64,000 nt of DNA from Octopus vulgaris (lineage: Eukaryota). The notes under the pieces are model-generated. The model did no database searches. It was not told where the DNA came from and worked only from the letters and a program-made list of their open reading frames with translations. Positions within the stretch are counted from its first letter, which is position 1, and every line of letters begins with the position of its first letter. Below, in pieces: positions 37,669 to 51,143 of this stretch. A program made the translations under genes and the position numbers. The DNA lies in contig OX597816.1 in the NCBI GenBank assembly GCA_951406725.2, positions 124,310,001 through 124,374,000 of the forward strand, read 5' to 3'.

Positions 37669-37708
37669 AAGAAATTTGAAAAGCTACACGCGAAACCGGT
37701 AATTTCTT
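37669..37708 (+). ncRNA. Minimal hammerhead, U3-A8 variant, right arm
   Basis: aagaaat-TTGAAAA-GCtacacGC-GAAAC-CG-GTA-atttctt. Perfect 7-bp stem I. Confidence 0.72.
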
Positions 37709-37841
37709 TAAAAATTTTAAAATTATGTCATTTTAAGGAAAGGGAAAAAAATTTTTCCAATATTCTCCAGACATTTTGACACAAATATATATATTTTTTA
37801 ACATTTAAGCCTTCTGTCGTTTTTTCACACTTTACTATTTT

Positions 37842-37878
<37 letters not shown>

Positions 37879-38069
37879 GTACGTGCATGTGCGAGCGTGT
37901 GTGTTTGTGTGTAACGAATATTACATTTTTGAAGGGTGAGAGAAGACGTTTATATTCGCAAAATAGTAGTAACGAAAATGCAGGTGAATTAAAACACTAC
38001 AGAGAAAAAATGTATCACTCGACAATGTGGTCAAAATTTCATAATTTATATATATATATATATATATAT

Positions 38070-38465
38070 TATCTCTTACTTGTTTCAGTCATTGGACCGC
38101 GGCCATGCAGGGGCACCGCTTTGAATTTTAGTCGAAAGAATTGGCCCCAGTACGCTTTTTAAAGTCTGATACTTATTCTCTGTCTCTTTTGTCGAACCGT
38201 TAAGTTACGGGGACGTAACGTAGCGGCTCTGACAAACACAAATACACACCCATACCCACACACTCACTCATGCACACACACGCACGCACGCACACACAAA
38301 TACGGCGGGATTCTTTCAGTTTTCACCTACTAAATCCACACATTAGGTTTCGGTTTGCTCGAGGCTATACCAGAAGACACTTGCCTAAGGTGCTACACTC
38401 TGGGACTGAACCTGGAACTATGTGGCTGGGAAGCAACATTTTTACCACACAGCTATGCCCGTGCC
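38070..38465 (-). mobile_element. Octopus-type tRNA-SINE, diverged
   Basis: Colinear with 28163-28585. Confidence 0.8.
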
Positions 38466-40479
38466 TAAAACTATCAGGTAACCACATAGCTCCAACCCTG
38501 TACTTTTAGTTTGACAGAAATTAGTGTTCCGATAGTGCCACGTAGTCATCGATATATTTTCTAGATCCAAGACATTGCTCATCAGCTCAGTACAAGACGC
38601 AAATACAAGACTAGAAGGGACATACAATGAGAGAAGAATTTTGTTGTATGTCCGACCTTAAAGTCAGTTGTAACTGCGACGAAGAAAGATCCCCTTGTCG
38701 ACATTATTTCTCTTAATTCCTATGGCTTTCTAGTCACCAACTACTTTCAAATGAATGGGATAGTTTGTTTGTCAAATAAATCTGGGAAACACTTTGTCTC
38801 TAACTGGCTTAATGGTAAAACAAAGCTGACTAAAGAGCAGGCGAGTCTTGCGATTATCAAAAAGAGTAGTGTTGGCGACAGTGAGAGCGTCAAACTATTT
38901 GATTTATTGAATGAATCATTGTCGCTTTTCATACTGACGGATTATAATTTGACATGGATCTCTTCTTTCAGGTGTTGTCTGAACTAGGATGCTTTATTTT
39001 ACTAATGCCCTGGCTAACAGCTGTTTCTCACAATCCATACTAAACCCAGCGCGATTCCACACATCTATAGCTGTTTACACACATCTATATCAAACCGAAG
39101 ATGGATGAAGGATAGGCGCGGCCATATGTATTTGCAGTTATGTGAAAAATCAGTCTTCGGCGCCTGTAAAATACGATGTTCATATAAGATTGACTCTGTA
39201 TTGTATGAAGCCTTATGGCAACAAATGAAATGCATAAACTGACGGCATAACTCCTCTACTTATCTTTTATATTTGTTTTTCCATTTATTCCAAACGTACC
39301 ATTCCGTTTTTGATTTCATTAAAGACTGAGAGATATTTTTCCTTATTATTTTATATCTTTTTATGCGTAATTCTTTTCCACGTTTTCCATTTCGGTCCAA
39401 ATGAATCTTTAGAGAGTGGAAACCCAACCACGAAATTATCAATTCACTATCACGAGCAAACATCATTAGATGAAAATCAACCAATGAGCTTGAAGCTGCG
39501 CCCGGAACATCATTACGAATGTGCTTGAGATTTGCACCCTTTTTAACTAGTTAAGCAGTTTAGCGCCTTAATCCTCACAAAGCGTTGAGGACGGTCAAAG
39601 AACTCACGCGCCTCACCTCTTGCCAGTCAGAAAGAGATTCTAGCATTCAAGTATGACAGATCTTCACTCTTACAGAACAAAATCATAACAATTTGCGACG
39701 GATTGTATCATTTGTCTTCCACTTTCAGCTAGCAAATGGCCAAACAAATCCAGTTAAGTTAATTCCTACATACTATTCTTGTAGCGAGTGAGGATTTGAT
39801 AATTTATATTTGTGTACGTGCATAACCTCTTAATAAAATTTGTTGTAATAAAATGTTCGCTTGTTTGCTTTTGTTGTAATATATGCAACCATCCTGATCT
39901 AACATTGAATTAATAAAACTACAGCATCAATCTTTTCTCACGACAACTCGACCCTGCAAAAATGGTGACTCAATGAAGAAAAGCCTACAACGACCAACTT
40001 GGCGATAATGGTCCCCAGCAAAAACAAAAATACAAGCTCATGACAAACCTATACGAATAGATGTGAGTGGATAAGAGCGTTATTTTGTAATTATATAGGC
40101 TACATATATTATTGTGTTTAACTTGCTGATGTTTAGGTAACTTACCGTTTTGTTCAGTTTATCTACGGAAGGGGATCTTTTTGGTTTTACACACCAGATC
40201 CATTTGTTTCTTTTAAAATTTCTACACAGTCATAATTTTTCATGCTAATTACGAAAACCATAGCCAAGTTTTGGGAGAAATTAATAATAAAGGAGTTACA
40301 CGCATTAAAAGATTGACTTTATTTATTCATTTTATTTTATTCATCTATCTATTTATGTTTTTAATTTCAATTAATCAGATGTGGTCATTTCCGTCACGCC
40401 AGAAGGTAGAATTGCTATGTATTCCCATGACAACATATTGAAACAACTTGAGCAAATATTGGCTTCAAATTTTAGTACA

Positions 40480-40668
40480 AGGCCAGCAGTTTTGGAGGTG
40501 GAATCGAATGCGTCAATCCCAGTGCTCATCTGGTACTTATTTTTTCGACACCGAAAGGATGAAAGGCAAAACCGACCTCGTCAAAATTCGAACTCAGAAC
40601 ATAAAGACGTGCAAAATGCTGCAAAGCATTTAGCTCTGTATACTAGCGATTCTACCAGCTTGCCGTCT
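40480..40668 (-). mobile_element. Meta-like tRNA-SINE copy
   Basis: CGAAAGGATGAAAGGCAAA...TTCGAACTCAGAAC...CCAGCTTGCCG. Confidence 0.8.
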
Positions 40669-40959
40669 TAACATGAGCAAATATTTAAATGAAACAAATA
40701 TAGACAAGAGCACTCAGAAAGACCAAACCTCCACCAAGGCAACATAATCCTCTCAACGATTAGCCGGAGATGATTTTTAAAATGAGAATATCTGAAAGAA
40801 ACTTGACTGCTCTCACAAACGAGAATACTAAAAATGAATCCGACCGCTCACAAAATTAAGTAAAACAACCGGAAGAATAATCCAGAATCCTTGTCCGGTA
40901 CCTGATCGACCCCAATAGTAGTCATGGAATGTGAAGGTAGACGTGCGGGCCGTGTTTGT

Positions 40960-41150
40960 AATGATGTGTGTGTCGTCTGCAGTGAGAAAAGAGACAATTT
41001 TCTCTTTGAAGGCCTTTTTTAGTCTATCCACTGATATAGTGTCTTTACGACCATTAAGGTGTACAGTGAAAAATTTACCGTGTGTGAAAGACAACGGAGA
41101 GGACCTGCAAACGGTTTAACAACATCGCTGCACACCAAAACGTGAGTCCA
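40960..41150 (-). pseudogene. Gypsy-type integrase C-terminal fragment
   Basis: THVLVCSDVVKPFAGP followed by FFTVHLNGRKDTISVDRLKKAF (GPY/F region). Confidence 0.65.
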
Positions 41151-41391
41151 AGAAGTAAAACTTCCTTGAAGGCAGAGCTAGAAATGCAATTGTCATTTAG
41201 GTAAGAGGTTTAAAACAGGAGCGATATATTAAAAATTAGTAAAACTAAAAATTGTCGAGGATAAATTAAATTTATTATTGTTGCTGAATAAGTTAATGTT
41301 ATTTAATTTCTGAACGGTTTTGCTGCCGTTTGTTTATGTAGTTTGATTTCTTTATCCATCAGTTTCTACTAAAATAGAAATGCAAGTAAAA

Positions 41392-41833
41392 TCTCCTAAT
41401 ATAATAATGAGCGTAGCCTTCAAAATCACAGAGTAGGAGTAGGACGGAGTAGGAGAAAGAGTAATATAATTGAAGGGAGAGGAGAGAAAGTAGTAATTCA
41501 GTGAAGGAAAAGTAGTGAGAGTAATAGCCGTGACTGAGAGAGGGTGAGAGAAAGTAATAGCAACGGAGAAAGCAAGAGGTGATCGAGGAATAAGGAAGGA
41601 ATGGGTAAAAAAATCAGCGTTTCAGCACTGTGTGAGTATATGTGTGTGTATGTAAAAAGGAAGTTATGTGAATGCTTGTGTGTATTTGCGTGTGTGTGTA
41701 TGTGTGTGCATGTAAAGGGAAGTATGTGAATGTGAATGTTTGCATCTGTGATTATTATGTACCTTATTTTATACCTTATTTATATATAAAATCTACAATT
41801 GGTCTTCATGTTTGACGGCACTGGGTCAGCTAG
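41392..41833 (+). mobile_element. Non-autonomous Helitron-like element
   Basis: A|TCTCCTAATATAATAATGAG ... GACGGCACTGGGTCAGCTAG|T. The 3' hairpin is degraded. Confidence 0.45.
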
Positions 41834-41837
41834 TTAA

Positions 41838-42130
41838 TAATAAAACTTTGGAAGTAGCAACGCTGCCATAACTTAATTAGAAACCATGAGCGTACCGTCA
41901 AGGGAGATAATCAGAGAAAGACTTGAAAGTCAGGGTAAGATCATAATACTTCATGCAAAATAAAGTAAATATAATAAATAATCCAGAATTCTTGTCCGGT
42001 ACTGGTCGATCCCAAAATCTAATCAGTTCGTGCCATTCCATCCAGCGGTTCTTGAGATATCTTGTCCACGGAAAAAAAAAGAAAGTACGAATGAAAACAA
42101 TACCTCTGCCTTCACTTGGGCGGAGGTAAT
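41838..42130 (+). mobile_element. Helentron-associated (HINE/DINE-like) element; related piece at about 40703-40915
   Basis: Terminal hairpin TACCTCTGCC...GGCGGAGGTA. AATAATCCAGAAT(C/T)CTTGTCCGGTAC is shared with 40876-40901. Confidence 0.5.
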
Positions 42131-43046
42131 TAGTTTAGAACACCAAGAAAGCGATCGAGTGGAAAATTTGAAAAAATTGAAAACGGAGGAGATTAAAGTG
42201 AGTTATTTCCCCACAGAAAAATGTAATACCGTGTATCAGAGTTTGTCAGCGAAAATACTAAGGGGAGATTTCTGTTGCTGGTGGAAGTGCCAAATGGCAC
42301 TACAATTACAATGGGTTGCAATTTGTGATTGCACGGAAAGACTTGAGGGTAGCACAGTTTTTCGAACAATCATAATTGTGTTATTGCTGAGTGACGCAAG
42401 ACTACAACTTACGGCATAGAACGTGTTGCTTTGTTTCTTTTTCATTCATTAAATATTTTTCATTATTGAAAAAGATTGCTAACATTTTTATTATTGAATT
42501 CTTACAATTAATGAATAATCAATAACAAAAGGAAAGAAAAAAAACAACACGTGGTATCTTGTTTCCAAAAACATACGGTAGGGTGACGTAATAATTCCGA
42601 CTTCTGCAGCGTCAGAAATGACCACATCTAATTGGCTGAAAATAAAAAAAAAAGAAGAAAAAAATACTATTCAAAATTTCATAACTTCTTTATTTGTAAT
42701 TTCTCCAGGACATGGTTATGATTTTTGTAATTAGCATGAAAAATTGCATGAGAAGAAATTTTGGAACTAATCAGATTTTGTGTGCAAAACAAGAAGAATA
42801 CACGGTAGGTGCTTTCATTGGACCATAAAAAGATTTCATGTTTCAATTCTTTAATTGGTTTCTCCTTCAGAATTGTCATTCATTCGTTCGTTCGTTCATT
42901 CGTTCTTCTTCTTCTTCTTCTTCTTCTTCTTCTTCTTCTTCTTCTTCTTCTTCTTCTTCTTCTTCTTCTTCTTCTTCTTCTTCTTCTTCTTCTTCTTCTT
43001 CTTCTTCTTCTTCTTCTTCTTCTTCTTCTTCTTCTTCTTCTTCTTC

Positions 43047-43097
<51 letters not shown>

Positions 43098-43261
43098 GAG
43101 TGAGAGAGCAGTGCATGCCATCAAAGTGACACTGGGGTAAAATATACGAAGCCCAATATACCCATCATGACTACCCGTCTGATAAAGGTACACCAGGCAC
43201 ATGCATCACAACCATTTGTGCGCGACATGGTGATCTCATATCAAGATAAACAGCACATGAC

Positions 43262-43262
<1 letters not shown>
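43098..43262 (-). mobile_element. Family X repeat, truncated, embedded in (TTA)n
   Basis: Matches 21385-21543, with pure (TTA)n on both sides. Confidence 0.85.
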
Positions 43263-43354
<92 letters not shown>

Positions 43355-43364
43355 CATTATTATT

Positions 43365-43589
43365 AAGGCGGCGAGTTGGTAGAGTCGTTAGAACGCTGGA
43401 CAAAATGTTTAGCAGTATTTCGCCCGTCACTACGTTCTGAGTTCAAATTCCCCTAGGTCGACTTTGCTTTTCATCCTTTTGGGAATCAATAAATTAAGTA
43501 CCAGTGAAACACTGGGGTTGATGTAATCGATTAGTCTCTTCCCTCCCAATTGCTGGCCTTCTGGAAAAATTTGAAACCATAGTTGTTGA

Positions 43590-43621
<32 letters not shown>

Positions 43622-43805
43622 GTTATCACGCCAGGAAGATTGCTTAGTGGTATTTCGTCAGTCTCTACGTTCCGTGTTCACATTCTGCCGAGGTTGACTT
43701 TGCCTTTCATCCTTTCGGGGTCGATAAAATAAGACTCGTTGATTACTTGGGTCGATGTAATCGACTATCCCTCTCCTCCAAATTTCAGGCCTTATTGTAG
43801 AAAGT
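43365..43805 (+). mobile_element. Two Meta-like tRNA-SINE copies separated by (ATT)n
   Basis: Heads and cores at 43365-43578 and 43630-43805. Confidence 0.8.
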
Positions 43806-44109
43806 ATGATTATTATTATTTGAAACCATCATCATTATCATCATCATCATCAGCATCATCATCATTATTATCATTATTTGCTGCAGAGTACATCGGACGT
43901 GTTTTCAAACGGTCAAAGTAAGTCCTGTTTAAAACATTTTGTTTACACCCGTTTGGTGCCGTTTTTTCTGTTTCAATTTTATTCCAAGTTGTGAATAGAA
44001 ACACCGAAAAACTGCCTCCGGGTTTCTGTCTTTGTCTGGCTCCTCGCGGGGCTATATTTGCCCCCCAAAATAAGTTCCTCGGCCGTTTAATCATATAAAA
44101 TTCAACTAG

Positions 44110-45270
44110 ATGGCGGCGCCCATCTTGAAAGAATTAAAAAAGAAAACTGCTCCTCCTTCAGGTCTAATATCTGCTGAAGGTTTCCTTCTCCTTCCCTCTT
44201 TTACTGACAGCAACACAAGAGAAGGGATGAAGAAAATACAGGGGCGAAAAGTACAAAGTCCACCTCCCAGCAGCAACAGTGAAGGCAGTAGCAGTAGTAG
44301 TAACATCGACAATCGCTGTGGCAGCAGCGGCAGGAGTGATTGCAGTAGCAGCAATGGTAGTAGTGGTAGCGCAACAATACGGGCAATAGCAGCAGCAGCA
44401 ATGGCAATGACAGTAGTAGCAGAGGGCAGTTTCGTTAACAATGTTACGGATTTTAGCGGGGAAAATTGAACGAGTGGAAGGAAATAGCGGTAACAATAGT
44501 GGTGAGAGTAGTAACAGTGGAAGTGACCCCAGTTCCACCACCAGCATAGCCAACAGTAGCAGCGATGATGACAACAATAGCAACAACGATGACAACAACA
44601 AAACCAAAAGGCTTGCCGACGTGACAAACACAAGGAGGGAGATATTTTCCATCGCACTAGATGGGAAAGCACGTGAACTTTCATTAGCGAAAGACATTAG
44701 GTTTGAGCGATGTAAAGCAGCAATGCTTGTACCTCCCGAAATAATAGAGGCAAAAGAAAAGAAGACGGTCTATTGTAAATGCGTATCACGCAAAAGTAGG
44801 GGAGCAGAAATCTCTTCCATCAGACACTTTGAGAAAGCCCTAAAACATTTTAATAGATGTGGTCCATATACAGAGAGGGATGCAGTTTAAAAGTGAGGAC
44901 TTAGCGCGAAGACATGCAGTATTACCTCGGTGGACTGAGGAATGGGTCCACTACCTCTCAAAGAGAACGACTATGGTTAGGGTAACGGGCGTGCCGCCGG
45001 GCGTAAACGTCTGTTGGATTGTTGCCTGTGTTGTACAGGGCCCAGACTCACTCCTGGAGGTAAAAAGGAGCAAAGGGAAAACTAATTCGGAATAAATATG
45101 GAAATATTAATCCATGTCAAATAAGATAACATCGAAAAGATCCTGGGCCTGATCCAGCTGCCCACCAGAGTGGAACTGCGTATCTTTGAGGAAGGCAGGA
45201 AGCCCAGATGTGATATCTGTGGGGGCCACAAACCAGAGAGTATTCTATCTCCAAAAGTTGGGAGGTAAGC
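44110..45270 (+). pseudogene. Tx1/L1-like ORF1 (gag-like) remnant
   Basis: Frameshifted ORFs 44110-44469, 44441-44890 and 44859-45095. Motif VRVTGVPPGV, then EGRKPRCDICGGH (degenerate zinc knuckle). Ser/Asn-rich N-terminus. Confidence 0.55.
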
Positions 45271-45449
45271 GGCTACAGATGCAGCCTGCATCGCATCCCG
45301 AAAAACAGCGATAATAACGACAGAGAGCTTTTTAAAAAACTGTAGACCCATCTCCAACAACAACAACAGAGCCATGTGAACCCCATACAATGGCAATAAC
45401 TATCTAGAGTGTCTCTCAAACCAGCCCCCTCACCCCTCTCTCAAGAGTA

Positions 45450-45870
45450 CTCAAGGCACATGCACCACAACCATATATGCGTGATACGCGATAACAGCAC
45501 ATGACCTTGCATAGAAATTTCTTCAGGTCGAATAGCTCATTCTGCTCAAAATGTCCCTGAATAAGATTGTTTAAGGATAATGAACGAAACAGCAATGTTT
45601 CCTGAAATAATTTATTGGAACCCTAAAGAATTCCCCTCAACACATGGTTACTCCTGCACATGATCAGGGATGCACATATCGTCAGCCATTAAGAGAGATG
45701 CTCAGCTGGTTAAGACCAGCCAACTGACAGGCAAATCTCTTGTATGGACCAGGAAAATTTGCTGTAACCCATTCTTTACACCAAGGCAAAATATATACAT
45801 GTTAACACTTCGAATCAGTTAAGATCAGAAACCATGAAAGCCTCTGCCTGGTACTGCATCAGGGCATTTA
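45450..45870 (-). mobile_element. Family X repeat, partial
   Basis: Colinear with 21470-21925 and ends at (ATC)n. Confidence 0.75.
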
Positions 45871-45919
45871 TCATCATCATCATAATCATCATCATCGTCG
45901 TCGTCGTCGAAATCATCAT

Positions 45920-46135
45920 AAGGTTGTGAGTTAGCAGAATCGTCGGTGCAATGGAGGAAGTACTTAATGATATTTTTTCTAGAACTTTGTGTTCTGAGTT
46001 CAAATCCCACCGAGGCCAACTCTGTATTTTATCCTTTCACTATCGGTAAAATAAGACAATATTTACGCCCTGAGGTCAATGCAATCAACTCACCCATGCC
46101 CTAAAAATTGTTAAACTTGTGCTAAAATTAGAAAG
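45920..46135 (+). mobile_element. Meta-like tRNA-SINE, diverged
   Basis: B box GAGTTCAAATCCC plus head and tail similarity. Confidence 0.65.
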
Positions 46136-48293
46136 AAATTATATTTTTGTTGTTGTTTTCGTGGTGATTGGTATTTGCTCTAATAACCACAAAACTTTAT
46201 ATTCCTGTTTCACACCTCTGTTTTCTTTTCTCTTTTATTTTTGGCTTTAAATGGGATCCATTTATTGGACTTTTCCCTATTAATTTTGTTTTCCTTTGGG
46301 CAAAACTCAGCACGGTTGCATCATCAATGGAACTGTTTTTATAAAAAATCGAAAATTTTCTTTAATACACTTGGGGACAAGATGTGCTATCATAATTCTT
46401 GCAGTAAAAGGTGGTGAAAGAGGATGCCAGCTGGACAGAAAAAGAACTAGGAGGAAAGAAAAATATTCCTAAACCTTCAGCTTATACTGCTACATAGATA
46501 CCACCATATGGAGATTAAAAGAATAATATTAACCGCTACAGTAATGGAAGAAACATCAGAACAACATTAGCTACAACAACGACAGCAACAACAAGTATAG
46601 AATTAACAAGGTCAAGAACAACAACCACAACGAGAGAGAAACAAAAATAAAACAGTACTGTAGTCTGCGTGGTATGTGTATTGGTATGTGTAAATATATT
46701 GCTATGTGTAAAAAAGCATTGCTATGTCTAAATATTATGAACATTTTGAAAATAACTTTGAGCAGTGCAGGTGAGAGGTTAGGTAAAATATTTGTGGTTA
46801 TGTCAATGAATGAAATCAGAGAGAACAGATATTGCAATATTGTAAAACCTAACATAGGTTGTTTAATGATTTTATAGTATTTCGGAAAATGCGACTTGCA
46901 TCTAAAGGGAAACAGCATGGGACTGTAGCAGCCACTTGTGGTAGTGAGCAAAAAACTAGAACAATGTCTACAAGTACGTTTCAAGTTGCAGTTATGATCG
47001 TACTGAATTTGAAAGGTTCAGTAATCAACACGCTCAACACGAACCAGGCCACGGAATAGAAAAATAAGGGAAAATAGCAGAGCTGAAGACTACCTCCAAT
47101 AGGACCGAAAAGGAATATGCTGGATGTATTAAGGGATATTTATAGCATTCGAGATTATTTTTATGTCGAAATGTGCGATGGTCGTCAAGAATAGAAAATG
47201 TAAATTATACGTTTGTAGCGAATGAGACGACGGGAATGTCCGGTTCTAATTGATCGTCAGGAAAGGCGATATGTTTTCTGTCAGGAGCTGGGCAATCAGA
47301 CATTTTTCTCAAACGTCTAAAGATATTCGAAAGAAATTCCAGTTCATTTGCTACAGGCCAAATGGAATGGCAACTTGAACTTATTCAAGGATTATGCTGG
47401 AGGAGACGAGAGTGGGATGCAAAAGCCTCACATATCTGATCTGGTAGTTACATCTGAATTCTTGCCTATAACACTAATGCGGACATAAACTGTAGCAGGA
47501 TGTTTGGTTTGGACAGTTGTCTGCAGTTTCGAGTTGTAGGTGACACATTTATGATCTGTACAACTGAACTACACAAGACCAACTGACTTGTGCTCAGTAG
47601 CTGGAATTTGAATGCGTCTTTCCTGGAACTGCATCAGATAACTAATTAAGAAGGAATTGAGAGATGGTAGGTTTCATTAAAGAGAAAAATTAAAGGGGCA
47701 TTTGTTAGCTTCAGCATAGAATTAGGCACAAAAAATGTTAGAGGAGAGTAACTCGTAAATACATTAGAAGTGATTCATAAAACAAGCATAGTAAATGACA
47801 ATGTGGCCTTTAGTTATTTCTTCGACATGAAATACGAAGAAAGTGTTGTTCATGATAGAGTGTTTGCACTAAAATGAGAATATGAAAACTGTTGACCCTG
47901 TTTAGTAGAGATGCAGCACGGAAACAAAGCCACATTTTGATTTCAATATCAGCTTATCCAATAGTTTGGAAAATAAAAACATTCCAGATAAATATGCTTC
48001 ACAAAGGAGATCTAACAAAATCGGAACATATCCGCTGCCGTAAAGAAAAAATCAATTGGTAACTCTATAGCTTTTATGTTCGAAAAATTTAAATTAGCTG
48101 ATATTGTTAGGGTTGGTACACTTGTGGCTTCTTTTAGATTTTTAATACCTAAGATGAACTTTGGTCATCAAATTCCATGCATAATCTCAATTTATTGATG
48201 CTTTTCAAGTCTCAATATTACATGTATGAGGTTCTACCACACACACACACAACTCACACACATGTATATGTATGTATATATGTGTGTGTGTGC

Positions 48294-48338
<45 letters not shown>

Positions 48339-48368
48339 TACTTACATGTAAATATACATACATGCACA

Positions 48369-48436
<68 letters not shown>

Positions 48437-48493
48437 GTTTACATATATGAACATATATATGTATAAAAATGCATATATCTGTATCTATATGTG

Positions 48494-48535
<42 letters not shown>

Positions 48536-49658
48536 GCATACATACATACCATATATACATATATATATATGTATTAATATATATGTATGCATATATATAT
48601 ATATATATTAATACATGTATGTATTAACATACACACTCATGTGTGTGTGTGTATGTGTGTGCGTGTGTGTGTTTGTGTTTATGTGTGTATTTATGTATAG
48701 CAGTATAAGTAACCTTATAGTTACTTAGTTCTAGAGCTAAGGTGCTTGCAAATCAAAAGTTGTACTCAACGTGTCTGAAGGCAGAATGTGTGATTTTATA
48801 TTTCAAAGTTTACCCAGAACTTTCATGTAGGAAATAACAAAGCTGTTTGCTAGATGAAACATCTTGCATGATGTAACTAAACTTTGAAATGTATGTGCCT
48901 GCGTGCGCGCGCCTGTGTTTGTGTGTGTGCGTGCGCGCGTGCTTATGCATTTGTCTGTGTGTGTATATATAACTGTAGACACACGCACACGCACAAACAG
49001 ATACATGTGCACACATGTATACATATATTCCTTTTCTCACGATTTAAATTTCATGTCATTGCAATCTTTTGGCGAGAACTGTTCTATTTTCTTTTTGTAA
49101 CCAATTTACATACACCGGAGTAAATGTTTCTGAATCTAATAGCGTGGTTTTTTTTCTATTGTTTCTTGCGTGAACGCTGAATGTGGTTATCGCTTTTGTT
49201 GGTGTTTCCGGTGATATTTTTCTTATTTCGTTTCCTTTGTGGTTATCTCATTTTATTGGTTGATTTTTCTGTTTTTTTTATTTTAACTACAGTTGTCAGC
49301 ATATCATATGCTAATTCATTATTTGTACTGAATTTCCGTTGGTCGGCTTTACAGAATTGTATCTACGTGTCGTTTTGTTCTTTTAGATTTTTCGAATTCT
49401 TAGATTTGGTTCAGTTTCTGATATTTTGCATTACTCATCTCGTTATGTCTGTGTTATATCTTGTTTATATAGAATAAATACATCTGTATATTTGCACGAA
49501 TGCATGTCAATGAATGAATGCAGATTTTTTATGCATTCTCACTGAATAATGTCTCAAAAACACGCCCACAATTATGCTTGCTTGCGCGTGCACTACTGTG
49601 TGCATATAAGGTGCTCTTGTATATATACATACATGTGTGTGTGGGTGGGTGGGGGGTT

Positions 49659-49693
<35 letters not shown>

Positions 49694-50377
49694 CACACAC
49701 ACACAAATAAAAACAAACTAAAAGAATCTAACTTGCAGATATTGGCATTGACATTTTAACGCTGACAGTGTACAAAATCCTCGAATCATGTCAGGAAATC
49801 ACCGAACTGTAACGAAACAGGAAACAAACTAAGCAAAACAATACGGAAAACATCTAGACAGAACAAATTGTACGAGAACTGAGATCGAATAAACAGGATA
49901 TCTTAAATAAAACATGCACTAAACCAAATCTGAGCATGGACAAAAGCAAACCCGACAGTTGAAAACACCGTATAAACAACGATTTTTGTGCAAAACACTA
50001 TGAAAAAACATAGTTAATGTCCTTAATTCAAAATAATAAACATTAAGAACCAACTAACAAAAACAATAGTCGACTCCACAGCAACAAAAATAATGGAAAG
50101 AAGCACAACATAAAATCAATATAACAAAAACTATGGTAACGTTAAACTCCCACGCCCATGTATTTAAAACATGAGCACGAACAGAAAGTGAAACAGATCT
50201 TGCCCGAAGGTCCTTGTAGTGTGAAAGTCGTGTCGTGAAACAAAGAATTCAAGTTTCAATACATAATACACTGTACAACCTGTATTGTTACTCTCTTTCT
50301 TTTTGGTTGACAAATTAGAACTTACGATATCTAAAATAAAATAATATAATATAATATAGTATAATGTCTTTCCTTCT

Positions 50378-50431
<54 letters not shown>

Positions 50432-50520
50432 CGTATATATATGTATATACATACATATCTATGTCTATATATATATATGCATATATATATATGTATGTGT
50501 TTGTATGTATGCATGTGTAC

Positions 50521-50556
<36 letters not shown>

Positions 50557-50609
50557 GTATATATATGTATATACATACATATCTATGTCTATATATATAT
50601 ATATATATA

Positions 50610-50649
<40 letters not shown>

Positions 50650-50719
50650 TTATATGTATATATATATACATACATGCACACACATATATACATGTATATA
50701 CGTATATATATATTGTTTT

Positions 50720-51022
50720 AATCTTTTATTCTTTAACTCGTTTCAGTCATTTGACTGCGTCCATGCTGGAGCACCGCGTGTTCTCGAACGAATCGACCCC
50801 AGGACTTATTCTTTGTAAGTCTAGTACTTATTCTATTAGTCTCTTGCGTGTGTGTGTGTGTGTGTTATTATATATACACACACACATGTATATATGTATA
50901 TATACACGAGCACCTTATATGCACACAGTAGTGCACGCGCAAGCAAGCATAATTGTGGGCGTGTTTTTGAGACATATCTTTTATTAAACATTTAATATTT
51001 ATGATATTTATAAAAAAAAAAA

Positions 51023-51057
<35 letters not shown>

Positions 51058-51110
51058 ATTAATTAATAAATAAAATAATATATAAATATAAAAATATACA
51101 TACATACAAA

Positions 51111-51143
<33 letters not shown>

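Larger units (their letters stand above)
36631..37850 (-). mobile_element. Neptune-type PLE 3' part (Zn-finger linker plus GIY-YIG) flanked by ~294-bp inverted pLTRs
   Basis: ORF 36949-37401 (CGRSNCATC...FTCASENIIYVIKC..C...YVGST) with a frameshifted upstream piece at 37391-37556. 36631-36924 is the reverse complement of 37557-37850 with about 3 mismatches. Confidence 0.92.

Noticed and set aside
39600-39970. Possible LTR followed by a PBS (AATAAA ... TGGTGAC)
   Set aside because: No second LTR, TSD or downstream gag seen.
46790-48170. Possible ORF2 of the Tx1/L1-like element
   Set aside because: Too degenerate, with no clear endonuclease or RT motif.
50400-50650. ~120-bp tandem duplication
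   Set aside because: Low-complexity TA-derived sequence, consistent with slippage or an assembly effect.
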